From: Ministeria vibrans ATCC 50519
Lineage: Eukaryota > Protista > Filasterea
Assembly (NCBI GenBank): GCA_943704425.1
Contig: CALSCP010002433.1
Coordinates: 1-37,853, forward strand
Length of the DNA: 37,853 bases
Direction: 5' to 3'
Shown here: in pieces, positions 1-12,458 of the stretch
Layout: each line of letters begins with the position of its first letter
How positions within the stretch are numbered: the stretch's first letter is position 1
The notes under the pieces: generated by a model
Database searches by the model: none
Seen by the model: only the letters and a program-made list of their open reading frames with translations
Told to the model about the DNA's origin: nothing
Translations under genes and position numbers: made by a program

Positions 1-448
1 TATTCTGGGTTCACTCGTCTCTTTGAATTTGACGAAGAAATTCCTAAAGTAAGCAAAACCTCACTTTGGAAAAAACGAATATTCTGTAGCGGACGCCATG
101 GACGCATCGCCGTTGCGAGGTTCACGTGCAAAACGATGTGTATTCGGCTGCAAAGCGTTGGCAACGATACAGGAGGAAGCGAAAGAGGAGACAGAGGAAA
201 AGATCAACAAAGCAGGAACGGGGGAAAGAGGGCGAGGGGCGCCGGGCTGAGAGCACGAGGTGCGTGTGGGTCGCTGGGGGTGGGCGTACCAGGGCGTTGA
301 GAGCCGTGCCCTTTTCGCGTAGTTCAGGTAAATCGGCATTTGGAGCTGCAACTGCGCCGACTGCCTCGCACATGAACGCGTTGGCACGCACACGCGCCAG
401 TCGAGCAGATCGTTGTCGATCCAGCGCAGGGGCCGCTTGAGCTTGCAT
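1..448 (-). CDS. Hypothetical protein, 5' part of a spliced gene running off the window start
   Basis: ATG at 448 gives MQAQAAPALDRQRS...ALNAL. A GTACGC donor and pyrimidine-rich TGCAG acceptor lead in frame to PNTHRF...YSFFPK, followed by a GTGAGG donor at 64. No family recognised. Confidence 0.5.
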
Positions 449-534
449 TGTACGACGATCTTTTGAAAAAAATAACTGTTGCAACTTCAAAGTGAATACA
501 ATCATATTTTTTGTTTATCCATCAATAGTCATTC

Positions 535-1227
535 ATGTCTCTTATTATTGCCTTGGTCACGATGGGCATAGGCTACGTACAGGCTCCTCTTTCGCCGTTG
601 GGAGCTGTTCTACTGACGTGGACGATCACAGCGACGCTCACGGTCGCCATTGGCAAGCACCAGCAATCATCGTGGATCTTCTTCAAGCACCCTCGCGACG
701 GCATCCCTTCACGCACAGTCCAGGCCATGGTGCTCCCCTGGCTCATGATAGCCATGCTGATCTATCAAATGCGTCGATGGCACGGCGCAGCGCCAACGTG
801 CATTGTGGCGTCTCCCACTGCTCCGCTGTACCTCTGTGCGTGGCCCTCCGAGTCCTTCTTGCGCGAGCTTGGTCCAACCTGCCTGGTATTAGACGTGACC
901 GCCGAATGGGGCAAGGCTCGAGGACCCGGGCGATTCATTGGAGCGCCAGCAATCGATGGCTCGCTGCCCACAGTGGCGCACATCGAGCAGGCGGTGGCTG
1001 TGGCTGCCGACCACCATCGACGCAGCGTCGGTCCCATTGTTATCCATTGTCTCTACGGCATTGGTCGTTCTACCTCTCTCACGCTGGCACTCCTCGTGTC
1101 GCTCGGCATCTGCTCTTCTGTCGATTGTGCGCTGGACTATGTCAAACGCCTTCGTCCCATCGTCCGTGTCAATCGACGCTACCGAAAAGTTCTCCACGAG
1201 TGGGAATCGATCCACATCACCAGATGA
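535..1227 (+). CDS. Dual-specificity/PTP-family phosphatase with N-terminal hydrophobic (TM) segments, YnbD-like, intronless
   Basis: CX5R P-loop IHCLYGIGRS, upstream acid loop PAIDGSLP, downstream VKRLRPIV motif, hydrophobic N-terminus and an FFKHPRDG...LPWL segment. Confidence 0.85.
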   Translation: MSLIIALVTMGIGYVQAPLSPLGAVLLTWTITATLTVAIGKHQQSSWIFFKHPRDGIPSRTVQAMVLPWLMIAMLIYQMRRWHGAAPTCIVASPTAPLYLCAWPSESFLRELGPTCLVLDVTAEWGKARGPGRFIGAPAIDGSLPTVAHIEQAVAVAADHHRRSVGPIVIHCLYGIGRSTSLTLALLVSLGICSSVDCALDYVKRLRPIVRVNRRYRKVLHEWESIHITR

Positions 1228-1274
1228 CAAACTCCCAAGCGGTGAAGAGCGTCATTGTAATTATGATTATTATA

Positions 1275-1796
1275 CTACTTGGGACTTTCGCCGGGCTCTT
1301 TGGTCTCCTTCTCTTCGCTTGTGCGCTTCGTCAGAACTGCGTCCACTAAACCAAACTCTTTTGCCTCGTGTGCTGTCATGAATGAATCTCGCTCCATTTT
1401 GGCCTCTGCAGGAAAAAAAAAAGATGAATGTTTAAAAGAGGGTGAGGGCGAGGGAAAGAAGAACAATACCGATCATGGACAATGGTTGGCCAGTGTGCGC
1501 GGCATAAATGTCGTTCAGGCGCGCTCGCATGGCAAGAATCTCTTTTGCCTTGACAGAAAATAAAAATAATTATATGAGTTGTTACTGTGTGAGTGAGTAT
1601 ACAGACACTGTGTGAGTGAGTATACAGACATACGCAAACTGCCCCAATTTGTTAATCTATTTTTCTTTCCTCTCTCGATTTTGTTCCTCTTTGTTCCTCT
1701 CTCTATCACTTTGTTCCTCCCTCTCATCACTTTCCCTCTATCACTTTGTTCCTCTCTCTATCACTTTCCCTCTGTCACTTTGTTCCTCTCTCCCTC

Positions 1797-1848
<52 letters not shown>

Positions 1849-2217
1849 AACTCTCTCTCTCTCTCTTGAACTCTCTCTCAGTACCTGAATGGCAATGTCT
1901 GAGGCCTGTCCACTGGCACCCCCCGACNNNNNNNNNNNNNNNNNNNNNNNNNNNNNNNNNNNNNNNNNNNNNNNNNNNNNNNNNNNNNNNNNNNNNNNNN
2001 NNNNNNNNNNNNNNNNNNNNNNNNNNNNNNNNNNNNNNNNNNNNNNNNNNNNNNNNNNNNNNNNNNNNNNNNNNNNNNNNNNNNNNNNNNNNNNNNNNNN
2101 NNNNNNNNNNNNNNNNNNNNNNNNNNNNNNNNNNNNNNNNNNNNNNNNNNNNNNNNNNNNNNNNNNNNNNNNNNNNNNNNNNNNNNNNNNNNNNNNNNNN
2201 NNNNNNNNNNNNNNNNN

Positions 2218-2309
<92 letters not shown>

Positions 2310-3125
2310 AACTCTCTCTCTCTCTCTTGAACTCTCTCTCTCTCTCTTGAACTCTCTCTCTCTCTCTCTTGAACTCTCTCTTGAACTCTCTCTCTCTCTC
2401 TTGAACTCTCTCTCTCTCTCTTGAACTCTCTCTCAGTACCTGAATGGCAATGTCTGAGGCCTGTCCACTGGCACCCCCCGACGGCTGATGCACCATCACA
2501 CGCGCATTGGCGAGCACACGACGCTGTCCAGGTTCACCGGCAGCAAGTAACAGCGATCCCATCGACGCCGCCTGTCCAATGCACGTCGTAGAGACGGGCG
2601 ATTGGATGTACTATCAAGAGAGAGGTTATAGTCATAAATTAATATCCTAATCATGATCATTGTGTTCTTTCAGACCTGCATTGTGTCGTAAATGGCCATT
2701 CCGGCCGTCACCACTCCCCCAGGGCTATTGATGTACAGGTTGATGGGCTTCTTGGGCGACTCGCTCTCGAGAAACAGCAGCTGTGCAACGACCAGACTGG
2801 ACACTCGATCGTCAATCTGCGAAAACGGAAAATAAAACAGAAGCGTTTTCCGTTAGCGCAACGCACAGGCGCTCGTGATTGGGTCTGTACGGGTCCCATC
2901 AGGCAGATGATTCGATCGTTCAGCAGCCTGGAGAAGATGTCGAATGCACGCTCGCCTCTTGACTGAGGAGCGACGAGAGGAGAGCGTGAGACAAGCGATG
3001 AGGGTGAACTTGGTGTTTGAGCGTACCGACGATTCAATCACTGTAGGAATAATGTACGCCATGGAACGGCACGCGCGCGGTGTGCATATCCGTGCGGCCT
3101 GCGGCAAAATCGATCGCAGAAGCAT
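1275..3125 (-). CDS. CLPP: ATP-dependent Clp protease proteolytic subunit, mitochondrial (spliced)
   Basis: Exons give [42 protein letters not shown]...[35 protein letters not shown]...MVHQPSGG/...MERDSFM. The Ser-His-Asp triad is present, with an Arg-rich N-terminal presequence. Confidence 0.95.
1660..2435. repeat. Intronic composite repeat: CTCTATCACTTTGTTCCT units, (CT)n and CTTGAA(CT)n units around an N gap
   Basis: Directly visible; lies inside a ClpP intron. Confidence 0.9.
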
Positions 3126-3376
3126 ATTGAATAAAAAAATTAATGATCATTATATTTTTATCATATATTTACTTTCAAAATCGAGTTCTCTGATTGAAAG
3201 ACCCTTGCAAGGGTTAAACGTGCCAGTCAGGATTTTTTAAAAACTTACTATCCATGATCAGAGGTGACTGGTCACTGGTCAGTAGTCAGTACTCAGTGGT
3301 CAGTGAAGGTATAATGTCTAATAATTATGATGAAAGAATCACATACATAACTATTATGTTTTTTACACTTGCACTA

Positions 3377-4011
3377 CTACAACTCAAGTGCCATCTCATG
3401 CATCTGCTCAATCAAGGAATAGAGCGAATCTTTTTCGGAGGTCTGACAGAAAGGCGACGCCAATACTGTCTCATTGCGACTCAAACTCGCCTCGGTTGAC
3501 GTCGGTTGCTGCGCGCCGGTGTCCACAACGACACGAACCCCACCGACGCTTCTATTACTACCTCCACGTTCACTTGCACGTTCAAGGATGGACACAAGCT
3601 CAAGGGTGAGTGACGGGCCATGCGCACGCGACTGTAACGCACGCACACGCACACGTACGCGATCAAAGGGCCGTATGATCACAGGCTCACTCCCCTCCAC
3701 CCAAATGTCAAGTCCACCAGTACCCGACTCGACCTCCTCCACACGTCCCGGCAAATCCACCGTCGTCTCATCAGCACCGACTCCTTCCACCAGAGCTCGT
3801 GTCACGCGCACAAGCCCGCCAGCACGCCCCACTGTCACCACTGCAGTGCCCAACGACAGCTCTGGGACAGTCACGACGAGTCGCGCTCGTCGATTCCCCA
3901 ACACAACTCCCTCTGCTGTCACTCCGCTCACAGCAGTCGCCTCGCCGTATCGTTGAATAAAGATCAAAGTCTAAAAAGAGAGAACAGCAAAGAAAAGATG
4001 ATGAAAATGTC

Positions 4012-4050
<39 letters not shown>

Positions 4051-5714
4051 ACACACACACACAATTTTCTCCGATTGTTTGTTGTCTTTGATACTTGGAA
4101 GAGCATTGTGGCCTCCGTCTGGCAGTGTTTACTAGCCCGATTTCGCTCGTTGATGTGAGACGCAAGAACGGACATATCACTGGTAGAAGGAATAGCCCCT
4201 AATCAAAAAAAGATATAATTATACAATTTATAAGTACGATAAACGTTTGATGCACACATAGAGAACACTCCCCTCCATCACCGTCAGTGTTTCTTTTTCC
4301 CTCTTGTTTCTTTTCTCCCTCCTCTCTACCACTTTGTTTCTCTCTCGTTCCTTTCTCTCTCACTTGCAGCAACAATAATTGATTACCAATGATGCTGCGC
4401 TCCCGTGCGTTACCCGCACACACTGGACTGCCGGTGCGCGATTCATCAAGAACAAGTGCAGCCATGAGCAATCGGTGGACTGTGCAGTCGGCATAGCGAC
4501 GAATGGGCGACGTAAAGTGCGTGTAGTGGTCAAGGGCAAGACCGTAGTGGTAAAAGGGATGCGCTGTGCTGTGAGCATTACGTGTGTCGCCCGTGGCAAA
4601 GTACTGCGCTTCTTGCATGGCTTGCGTAGCCAGGGTGCGTAACATACGGTTGAATTCGGGATGGGCGTCGTCCACACACGCATTGAGCGACTCGGCCAGA
4701 CGTCGATTGTCCCGCGTGTCTACAGTAAAGCCAAGAGCGGACGCCGCGGCAACGAGTGGCCCAAACGCCGTCGTGTCTGCAGCTGGATGGTGCCGCAGCA
4801 GTGACTGCGTGGGAAACGCTTGGACAATGCGACGCGCCACCCACTCATTGGCAAAGATCATGCACTCGGCAATGGTGCGGTGGATCTCCAGCTCCTCCTT
4901 GGGCTCCACCATCAGTGAACGTCCTCCAAATGCATCCGCACCGCCACTGCCTCCATCACCACCACTACTAGCGCTTCCACTCCCACCATCGCTCGGTTTC
5001 TCTGTCTTTTCGTGGACCGTGCGAAACTTGATTTCTGAGCTCGCCAGCTCAAGTGCACCGCCCGCCAGTCGTCGAGAGCGCAACAAACCCGCAATGTCCA
5101 TGAGCAAGCGGACTGCGGTGCGAATCTCGGCCAACTGCGCAAGCTGCTTAGGTTTGGGCAACGTGTGCAGCTCGACAATCTTCCGCAAATGATCAGGCGC
5201 TTTCCGCGGTTCTTTTGCAATTTCTTGTGCCAACTCGTACCAAAGGCGGTAGCGCGAGCGAATCAGCGTGCGCCCATACCAAATCGACTCGGAAGGCGAG
5301 CCCACCAGCTCACCTGTGCTGCGCCGCAGACGAAACAGCACCGAAACCGCATTGCGATCCTCTCCGCTCACCAGCGAACACAGCGTCTCGCTCAACAGTG
5401 CCGGCAACATGTCAAAGCGACGGTCCGGCAGGTACACGGTGGTCCCACGCGACCTCGCCTCGGCATCCAACGCCGAACCAGCCGCCACAAAGGCAGTCAC
5501 ATCGGCAATGTGAACTCCCAGTTCCACCTCGTCCGTTCGACCCTCCACCGCTCGGATCGATAGCGCGTCGTCGACATCCTGGCACCCAAACGGGTCGACA
5601 CTGCACACATTCAGAAAAAGAAAGAAACAACCAAGTTAAGGTATTCATCTGCACAATCACGTATCGCTCATTAACAACAAAGAAAATGATAAAAATATTG
5701 AAATAAATTTATTA

Positions 5715-5802
<88 letters not shown>

Positions 5803-5821
5803 ACCTCATCTNNNNNNNNNN

Positions 5822-5912
<91 letters not shown>

Positions 5913-7327
5913 ACCTCATAATGAGAAGGTCACGCAAGTCACGACGGCCCGTTGAGTCGGGACTCCAGGCGTCTTTGCTTGTCGGTAGGTTGTCAAGAGC
6001 GGCGCGCGTAAAGGCAGGCGAGTAACAGCCGTGCTCCCACAAGACACACTGTGCCTCGGCATCAAGTTGCCCAATGGGACCCACAATACGCGACAGGTGG
6101 CCGTCTGGGTACATTTCGCCAGGCGACCAACTGTCAATGCGTACAAGGAGACGCTGGGACATTAGAGCGGTTGCGTTCCGGGTGCTCACGCGGATTTTCG
6201 GGATGCGACGGTCCATGGGAATGACCAGCACGCGACGTGTCGATGGTGTTCCACCGCTTCCCGTGTTCTCCTGCACCGTACACACATAGTCGCGCCAGTT
6301 ACGCTTCAGAATACCCACAATGCGTCCCGAGGAGGCGTCCACGGCAACCGCATCACCATGCACAGCACGATTGCGCTGTTCGGAACGCACCGAAATGGTG
6401 CTTGTGGTGGATGTGCTCCCATCACCGTCATTACCACTGCTGTTTGTTGAGACTCGCACAAAGGCATCGTTCGAGTCATACTTGCTCACTTGAAAGACAC
6501 CACGAGTAAGCACGCCCGACTTGACCGACGCCAAAAGCGCCTCCTGACTGAGCTCCCATCGACGGCCAGCTGTGCCTTCGACCGCCTGCGCCGCAGCCTC
6601 CTCCCGACGAGCGTCCTCTGCATCGCGAATGTCGTTGCACCGTTGGTAAATCTCGTCGGCGGCCTCGCCCGCATAGTTGAGCAAGTATACTTCCATGGGC
6701 ATGACAGACACCCCTTCGGTTTCGCAGTGTGCCAGGGTGTCGTCGTCCGACAGTACAATCACCGGCGAGACTGCCTCATTGCCAAGACTCGCAAGCAGAT
6801 GGGAGCGGTAAAACCGCGCGGCGTCGTACACAAGGCGACGGCGGTAGTCGTCGAGCGGCTCGCCATCCCGACGCATCGAATAGACCCCCTGCAAATGTTC
6901 GTTGGCAAAGATCACTGAGTAGCGGCGCGCGTCCACCGCGAGCTTGCGCACTTCTCCGTGCTGCCGCAGTGTCCCAACGTCCTTGAGGTGTGCCAATGCC
7001 GTCTGTGTCAGCACCAAATTCGTAATGTCCACTGTGAGTTGAAGAAATGAAACCCATTAAATTGTGTTGAGTCAAAACTATTGACAAAAAAAGCGACTAG
7101 TGCTTACCACAGTCAACAAACACCTCGGAAAAGAGGGCGAGGGTGTGTGCATCAGGAATTACAATGGGCTGGGGCCGCAGAGAGGAGACAGCGGTGTCTG
7201 TGGCGCGACACTGGTGGCAACTTCCGTGGCCGCACGAAATGTCGTCGCGCAGGTAGTGCTCGCGAACAATCATCGCATAGTCGCCGCGTCGGGTGCGACG
7301 GTGGGACACGCGAGGGACTGTTAACAT
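3377..7327 (-). CDS. DIS3L: DIS3-like exoribonuclease (RNase II/RNB family, DIS3L type), spliced
   Basis: N-terminal VREHYLRDDISCGHGSCHQC (CR3), degenerate PIN domain, RNRAVHGDAV and RRIPKIR (cold-shock domains), RNB active site DPFGCQDVDDALS, HYGLA..YTHFTSPIRRYAD, and C-terminal SLYSLIEQMHEMALEL resembling the DIS3L tail. Confidence 0.88.
5709..5909. repeat. (TTA)n microsatellite in a DIS3L intron, spanning a 10-N gap
   Basis: Directly visible. Confidence 0.95.
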
Positions 7328-7703
7328 TTAAAAAGACAAAAAAGTGACTGGTTGCTGAGGTGAGTGACTGACGGAATGATTATCAAACTGTGTGTGAAAC
7401 GAATAGATTCTGACTTTCATTCCTCCATCGTCTTATTCGTCTATTTTATATAATGCCTTACGAATATACGGCTCTTTTCAAGTCTTTTGAAATTAATTCG
7501 TCGTAAAATGTGTGTGGATTCCGAAAAATCTGGAAGCGGAGTTTTCGTATATTGTTTTACATGAAAATAATTCATCATCATAATAATAATACTTGAAGAA
7601 AAATATATATATATTCTTTGGAAAGTTTGGCACAATCATCATCGAAATTAGAAGATTTTGACATTATTTTTTGTTTTTATCCATATCAAAAATATATTAT
7701 TAC

Positions 7704-7743
<40 letters not shown>

Positions 7744-7762
7744 GTTAAAAAATGATTACATT

Positions 7763-10700
7763 TTACAGTTTGAACTGCGGGTACATAAGCATGCTTGCAG
7801 ACATGTAGGAAAAGTCTGGGAGTGTCTCGATGAATTGTTTCGCCGCGTCGCTCAGAGGCTTTTCGACGGTCCACGGAAAGAGCGAGGCAGGAGTCGGAAG
7901 AGGCGCACTCTGAGTCTGGAAAAGAAAAAAGGACGAGACAAAAGTTGAGACGTTTAAAAAAAAAGGAAAAAAAACTGGTGGTACTTCGGTAGTGGGAGAG
8001 TCCATGCCAAACTCCATCAAAGTCAACGAGAGCATGTCGAGTGACTCCTTGCGGTTCTCACTGGCCGCGGGAGCAGTCGAAGTCGACGACGATGACGGCG
8101 TTGCGTTCGTCAGGGCATGCGGCTGAGAGGAGGAGCTCATGATGTCGTCAACCAAGGGCGACGGCGAGCCAAACGAGAGACTGTGCGATGAAGCACTGCG
8201 CTCGCGTGCGACAACGAGGTCCACGGGACCCTTCTTTATGGGCGATGTGAACAGCGACAGGTCGAAGGGGTCTTCGTCGGCAGTGCTGGCGGACGAAGAC
8301 TGCGCCGCCGCAGAAGAAAGAGGACGCTGTGACGACACCGGAAGAGAATCCATTGGGCCCAGACCAGCAAGCGGGTCGCTGGCGTCGCCAAAGACATCAC
8401 GCAGCGAAGCAAAAAACTGGCGATACGCGAGCGTGTTGCGCCACTGGAGACGCACCAAAGGACCATTCAGAACCGAGTTGAACAGCGCAGCGCCGTTGGA
8501 CAGCGCCTCGCGCGCACTAGTGTCCGCATCAGACAGTCCATTTACGACAGCTGTTACTGTCCTCCCGTCGCCCAGCAGCTGTGCATTTGCATGGAGTGCC
8601 GAACACAGACTAGGCTGCAAAAGAGCGCCCGTATCGCCACTGCATAGTGCACTCTGTGTGAAAATAAATAATGAGAATATCTTCTACTACGTGACTTGAA
8701 TTGTCTGAGTGTACGAGAAGTTGAGCGACGAGCGGTGACGCAGATGAAGAAGATGAGACTGAAGTGGGAGCAGAGGTAGCAGTCGGGGCAGGAGCCGGGG
8801 TTGTGGCAGAAGCATCGCCAAAGTCACTGGAGGCGAAAAGAAAACAGTTGCAATGTGTTCGAATGTGTGTTAGAGAGGGCAATAGGGTATGTATATGATT
8901 GTGTGCAAATGTACCCAAAGTCGTCGTCATCATTATCGTCGTTGTTGATGTCGCCAAAGTCACTATAGAAGATATATACCAAAAATTGAGGCGAGCGGAT
9001 GAGAACGGGGAAAAAAAAGAAAAAAAGAAAAAAAGACTTACCCAAAGTCGTCGTCATCATTCGTGTTGGGCGCTGCTGTGCCAAAGTCACCAAAGTCGTC
9101 GTCACCATTGGTCGCGTCTGCGCCAAAGTCTCCAAAGTCGTCGTCGTCATCATTGGCTGTATTGGGATCTGCTGCGCCAAAATCACCAAAGTCGTCGTCG
9201 TCATCAGTGGCAGTGGTTGTGGTGGGCTCGGCTGCACCAAAGTCGCCAAAGTCATCGTTGTCGTCAGTGACCGCTGGCGGGGCAACTGCCGTCGACTCGG
9301 CTGCACCAAAATCACCAAAGTCATCGTTGTCGTCAGTGACCGCTGGTGGGGCAACTGCCGCTGTCTCTGCAGCACCAAAATCACCAAAGTCATCGTCGTC
9401 GTCAGTGACCGCTGGCGGGGCAACTGCCGTCGACTCGGCTGCACCAAAATCACCAAAGTCATCGTTGTCGTCAGTGACCGCTGGTGGGGCAACTGCCGTC
9501 GACTCTGCTGCACCAAAATCACCAAAGTCGTCGTCGTCATCAGTGACCGCTGGTGGGGCAACTGCCGCTGTCTCTGCAGCACCAAAATCACCAAAGTCAT
9601 CGTCGTCATCAGTGACCGCTGGTGGGGCCACTGCCGCTGTCTCTGCAGCACCAAAATCACCAAAGTCATCGTTGTCGTCNNNNNNNNNNNNNNNNNNNNN
9701 NNNNNNNNNNNNNNNNNNNNNNNNNNNNNNNNNNNNNNNNNNNNNNNNNNNNNNNNNNNNNNNNNNNNNNNNNNNNNNNNNNNNNNNNNNNNNNNNNNNN
9801 NNNNNNNNNNNNNNNNNNNNNNNNNNNNNNNNNNNNNNNNNNNNNNNNNNNNNNNNNNNNNNNNNNNNNNNNNNNNNNNNNNNNNNNNNNNNNNNNNNNN
9901 NNNNNNNNNNNNNNNNNNNNNNNNNNNNNNNNNNNNNNNNNNNNNNNNNNNNNNNNNNNNNNNNNNNNNNNNNNNNNNNNNNNNNNNNNNNNNNNNNNNN
10001 NNNNNNNNNNNNNNNNNNNNNNNNNNNNNNNNNNNNNCCTGCCGTCGTCTCCGTTGCGTCAAAGTCGTCATCGTCGGCAGGGGCAGTGGTCGACTCTGCT
10101 GCACCAAAATCACCAAAGTCATCATTGTCGTCAGTAACGGCTGGCGGGGCAACTGCCGTCGACTGTGCTGCACCAAAATCACCAAAGTCATCGTTGTCAT
10201 CAGTGACCGCTGGTGGGGCAACTGCCGCTGTCTCTGCAGCACCAAAATCACCAAAGTTATCGTTGTCATCAGTGACCGCTGGTGGGGCAACTGCCGGCGA
10301 CTCTGCAGCACCAAAATCACCAAAGTCATCGTTGTCGTCAGTGACCGCTGGTGGGGCAACTGCCGTCGACTCTGCTGCACCAAAATCACCAAAGTCATCG
10401 TTGTCATCAGTGACCGCTGGTGGGGCCACTGCCGCTGTCTCTGCAGCACCAAAATCACCAAAGTCATCGTTGTCGTCAGTGACCGCTGGTGGGGCAACTG
10501 CCGTCGACTCTGCTGCACCAAAATCACCAAAGTCATCGTTGTCGTCAGTAACGGCTGGTGGGGCAACTGCCGTCGACTCTGCAGCACCAAATTCGCCAAG
10601 ATCATCGTTGTCATCAGAGACGGCTGGTGGGACAACTGCGGTCGTCTCTGCCGCGACAGAGCCATTGCCATCGGCTGAGGCCGCAGATTGCTCAATGGAC

Positions 10701-12458
10701 GTTAACCCTGCCCCAAAATTGTCATTAATGTTGTCCAATGCCGTGGTTGCACCCGGTTCTGTGGATGGCTGCAGTCCTCCAAACTCAGCAAAGTTGTCTT
10801 TCTCGTCTCCATTCGCCACGGATGCTGTTCCGGCGGATGTTGTCGCCGCGTCGACGACTGCCACTGCTGTGTCACATTTCGCTACGCTGGCGTCAGACGC
10901 AGTGGGTGCGACAACAGTGGATGACTCATCTGAGTTCTCACGAGCAACTACTGTCACATCCAATGGCACAACAGCCGAGGAGACCTCGTGCGCCAATGTA
11001 GGCTCAGACTCGGACGTGCCAGAGTCGCCTGTGACAGGCTGCTCGGAGAGTGTTCCAGGGTCAGCCGTATCAGGGGCAATAGTACCCAACCCACCAAAGT
11101 CAGTGGTGATATTGGAGAGAGGTGTCTGAGTGGTGGTGGGCGCGAATTCGACAGAGTCTGTGTCGGTTGGTGCAGGTGCCGTGGTTGCAGCCTTGATGGT
11201 TGAGGAGGAGTCTGCTCCGTCTGTCGCGTTGTTGGACGCTGCCACCGGCCCTGTCGCAATGGATGCAACAGTCGGTGATACTGGTGGCGCCGCATCAAAC
11301 GTTCCAAAGTCGTCTGCTGCGGTGGGAAGATCGCTCCATCGTGAAACAGACGCCCCACCATCAAGTGCCTCATCAACGTCCGCGTTGTCAGAGGATGTTG
11401 TTGTTGCTGGAGCAGAAGCAATGGTCGGCTCGGAGGAAGCGCTTGTCACTGCAGGCGCCGAATCAAACACCCCAAAGTCATCTGTGGTTGTTGCGCCTGT
11501 GTTGTCCGCGTCTGCTGCGGCGGGGAGGGCGGGCGTATCACTTGTTGTTGGAGCAGACGGAGCACTGTCAAATGCATCAAAGACGTCCTCGACAACGTTC
11601 GCTGCTGGTGTGTTGGTTGGCACGCCATTCTCGGCTGTGGAGCTCAGTGGTGCCGCATCAAACGTATCAACAAAGCCTGCGACAGGTGTGCTGCCAATGA
11701 ATGCTTCGGAGTCAGGCTCGGCAACACTGCTTGCGACCGCATCCAGCCCAGCGTCGTCTGCGTGTTGAACGACGACGGGTTCGGCAGCACCACCTGTTGT
11801 CGTTGTCAGCGCTGGAGCAGTTGCGGAGTCCGTTGTGGCGTTGGCACCACCCCCATTTGCGGCAGGTGCCTCGTCGAATGCGCCAAAGTCGTCATCGACG
11901 ATAGACGTTGCCGCATCAAACGAACCAAAGGCATCGTGCACCGTCTCTACAGAGCCAACAAGAGGAGCCACCACTGGGGCTTGCTCTGACGCAGCGGATG
12001 TCGCGCCAAAGCCGGGAGGGTCTGCGTCGAAGGCAGCGAAATCGTCATCGGCGACAGTTGGCGTTTCTGCGGCGTTCTCAAAGGGATTGAAGCCATCCAG
12101 CGATTGGGTGTGGATAGCAGGCGGGGTGGGACCCGTGGGGAGTGGGGAAGGGGTGGCGACTTCGAGGGATTCGACGGGAATCGTTGAGACTGTTGTGGCG
12201 ATGGCTGATAAGGATGTCTCGCTGGTCGAGGGAGCGGCGTCGGCCGCCGTAAAGTCCCCAAAATCATCAAAATCATCACCGCCCGATGTGGCGGGCGCGG
12301 CACTGCCAAGATTGCAAAGAAATGAGGAAAATCAAATTTATTATTTTTTGGGCACTGACTTACGATGTAAAAGCATCCCAATCATCCGCCTCGTCGGTAC
12401 CCGTAGTAGGTGCTGGCGTACTGCTGCTACCAAAGGCCGACCACTCGTCGTCAGACAT
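7763..12458 (-). CDS. Aftiphilin-like clathrin adaptor accessory protein, spliced
   Basis: N-terminal DEWSAF and DDWDAF (WxxF-acidic) motifs, many DDFGDF gamma-ear-binding motifs, an LQWRNTLAYRQFFASL block, and C-terminal IETLPDFSYMSASMLMYP resembling the aftiphilin C-terminus (LPDLxFMxAKVLMFP). Confidence 0.75.
9235..10660 (-). repeat. Coding 69-bp tandem repeat (AAESTAVAPPAVTDDNDDFGDFG), about 14 copies visible, interrupted by an N gap
   Basis: Period 69 nt, e.g. GCACCAAAAT at 9303 and 9372. Confidence 0.95.

Noticed and set aside
1845-2481. Apparent duplicated ClpP exon ([14 protein letters not shown] twice)
   Set aside because: Identical sequence on both sides of an N gap next to a microsatellite is most likely an unmerged contig overlap.
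5715-5920. Duplicated donor region AATGTACCTCAT around a 10-N gap (similar case at 16060-16206)
   Set aside because: Same gap-flanking duplication pattern; a scaffolding artefact.
8824-11129. Long alternative-frame and antisense ORFs (623, 559 and 688 aa) over the aftiphilin-like repeat
   Set aside because: They are shadows of a stop-poor 69-bp repeat plus N runs. Only the DDFGDFG frame splices to conserved termini.
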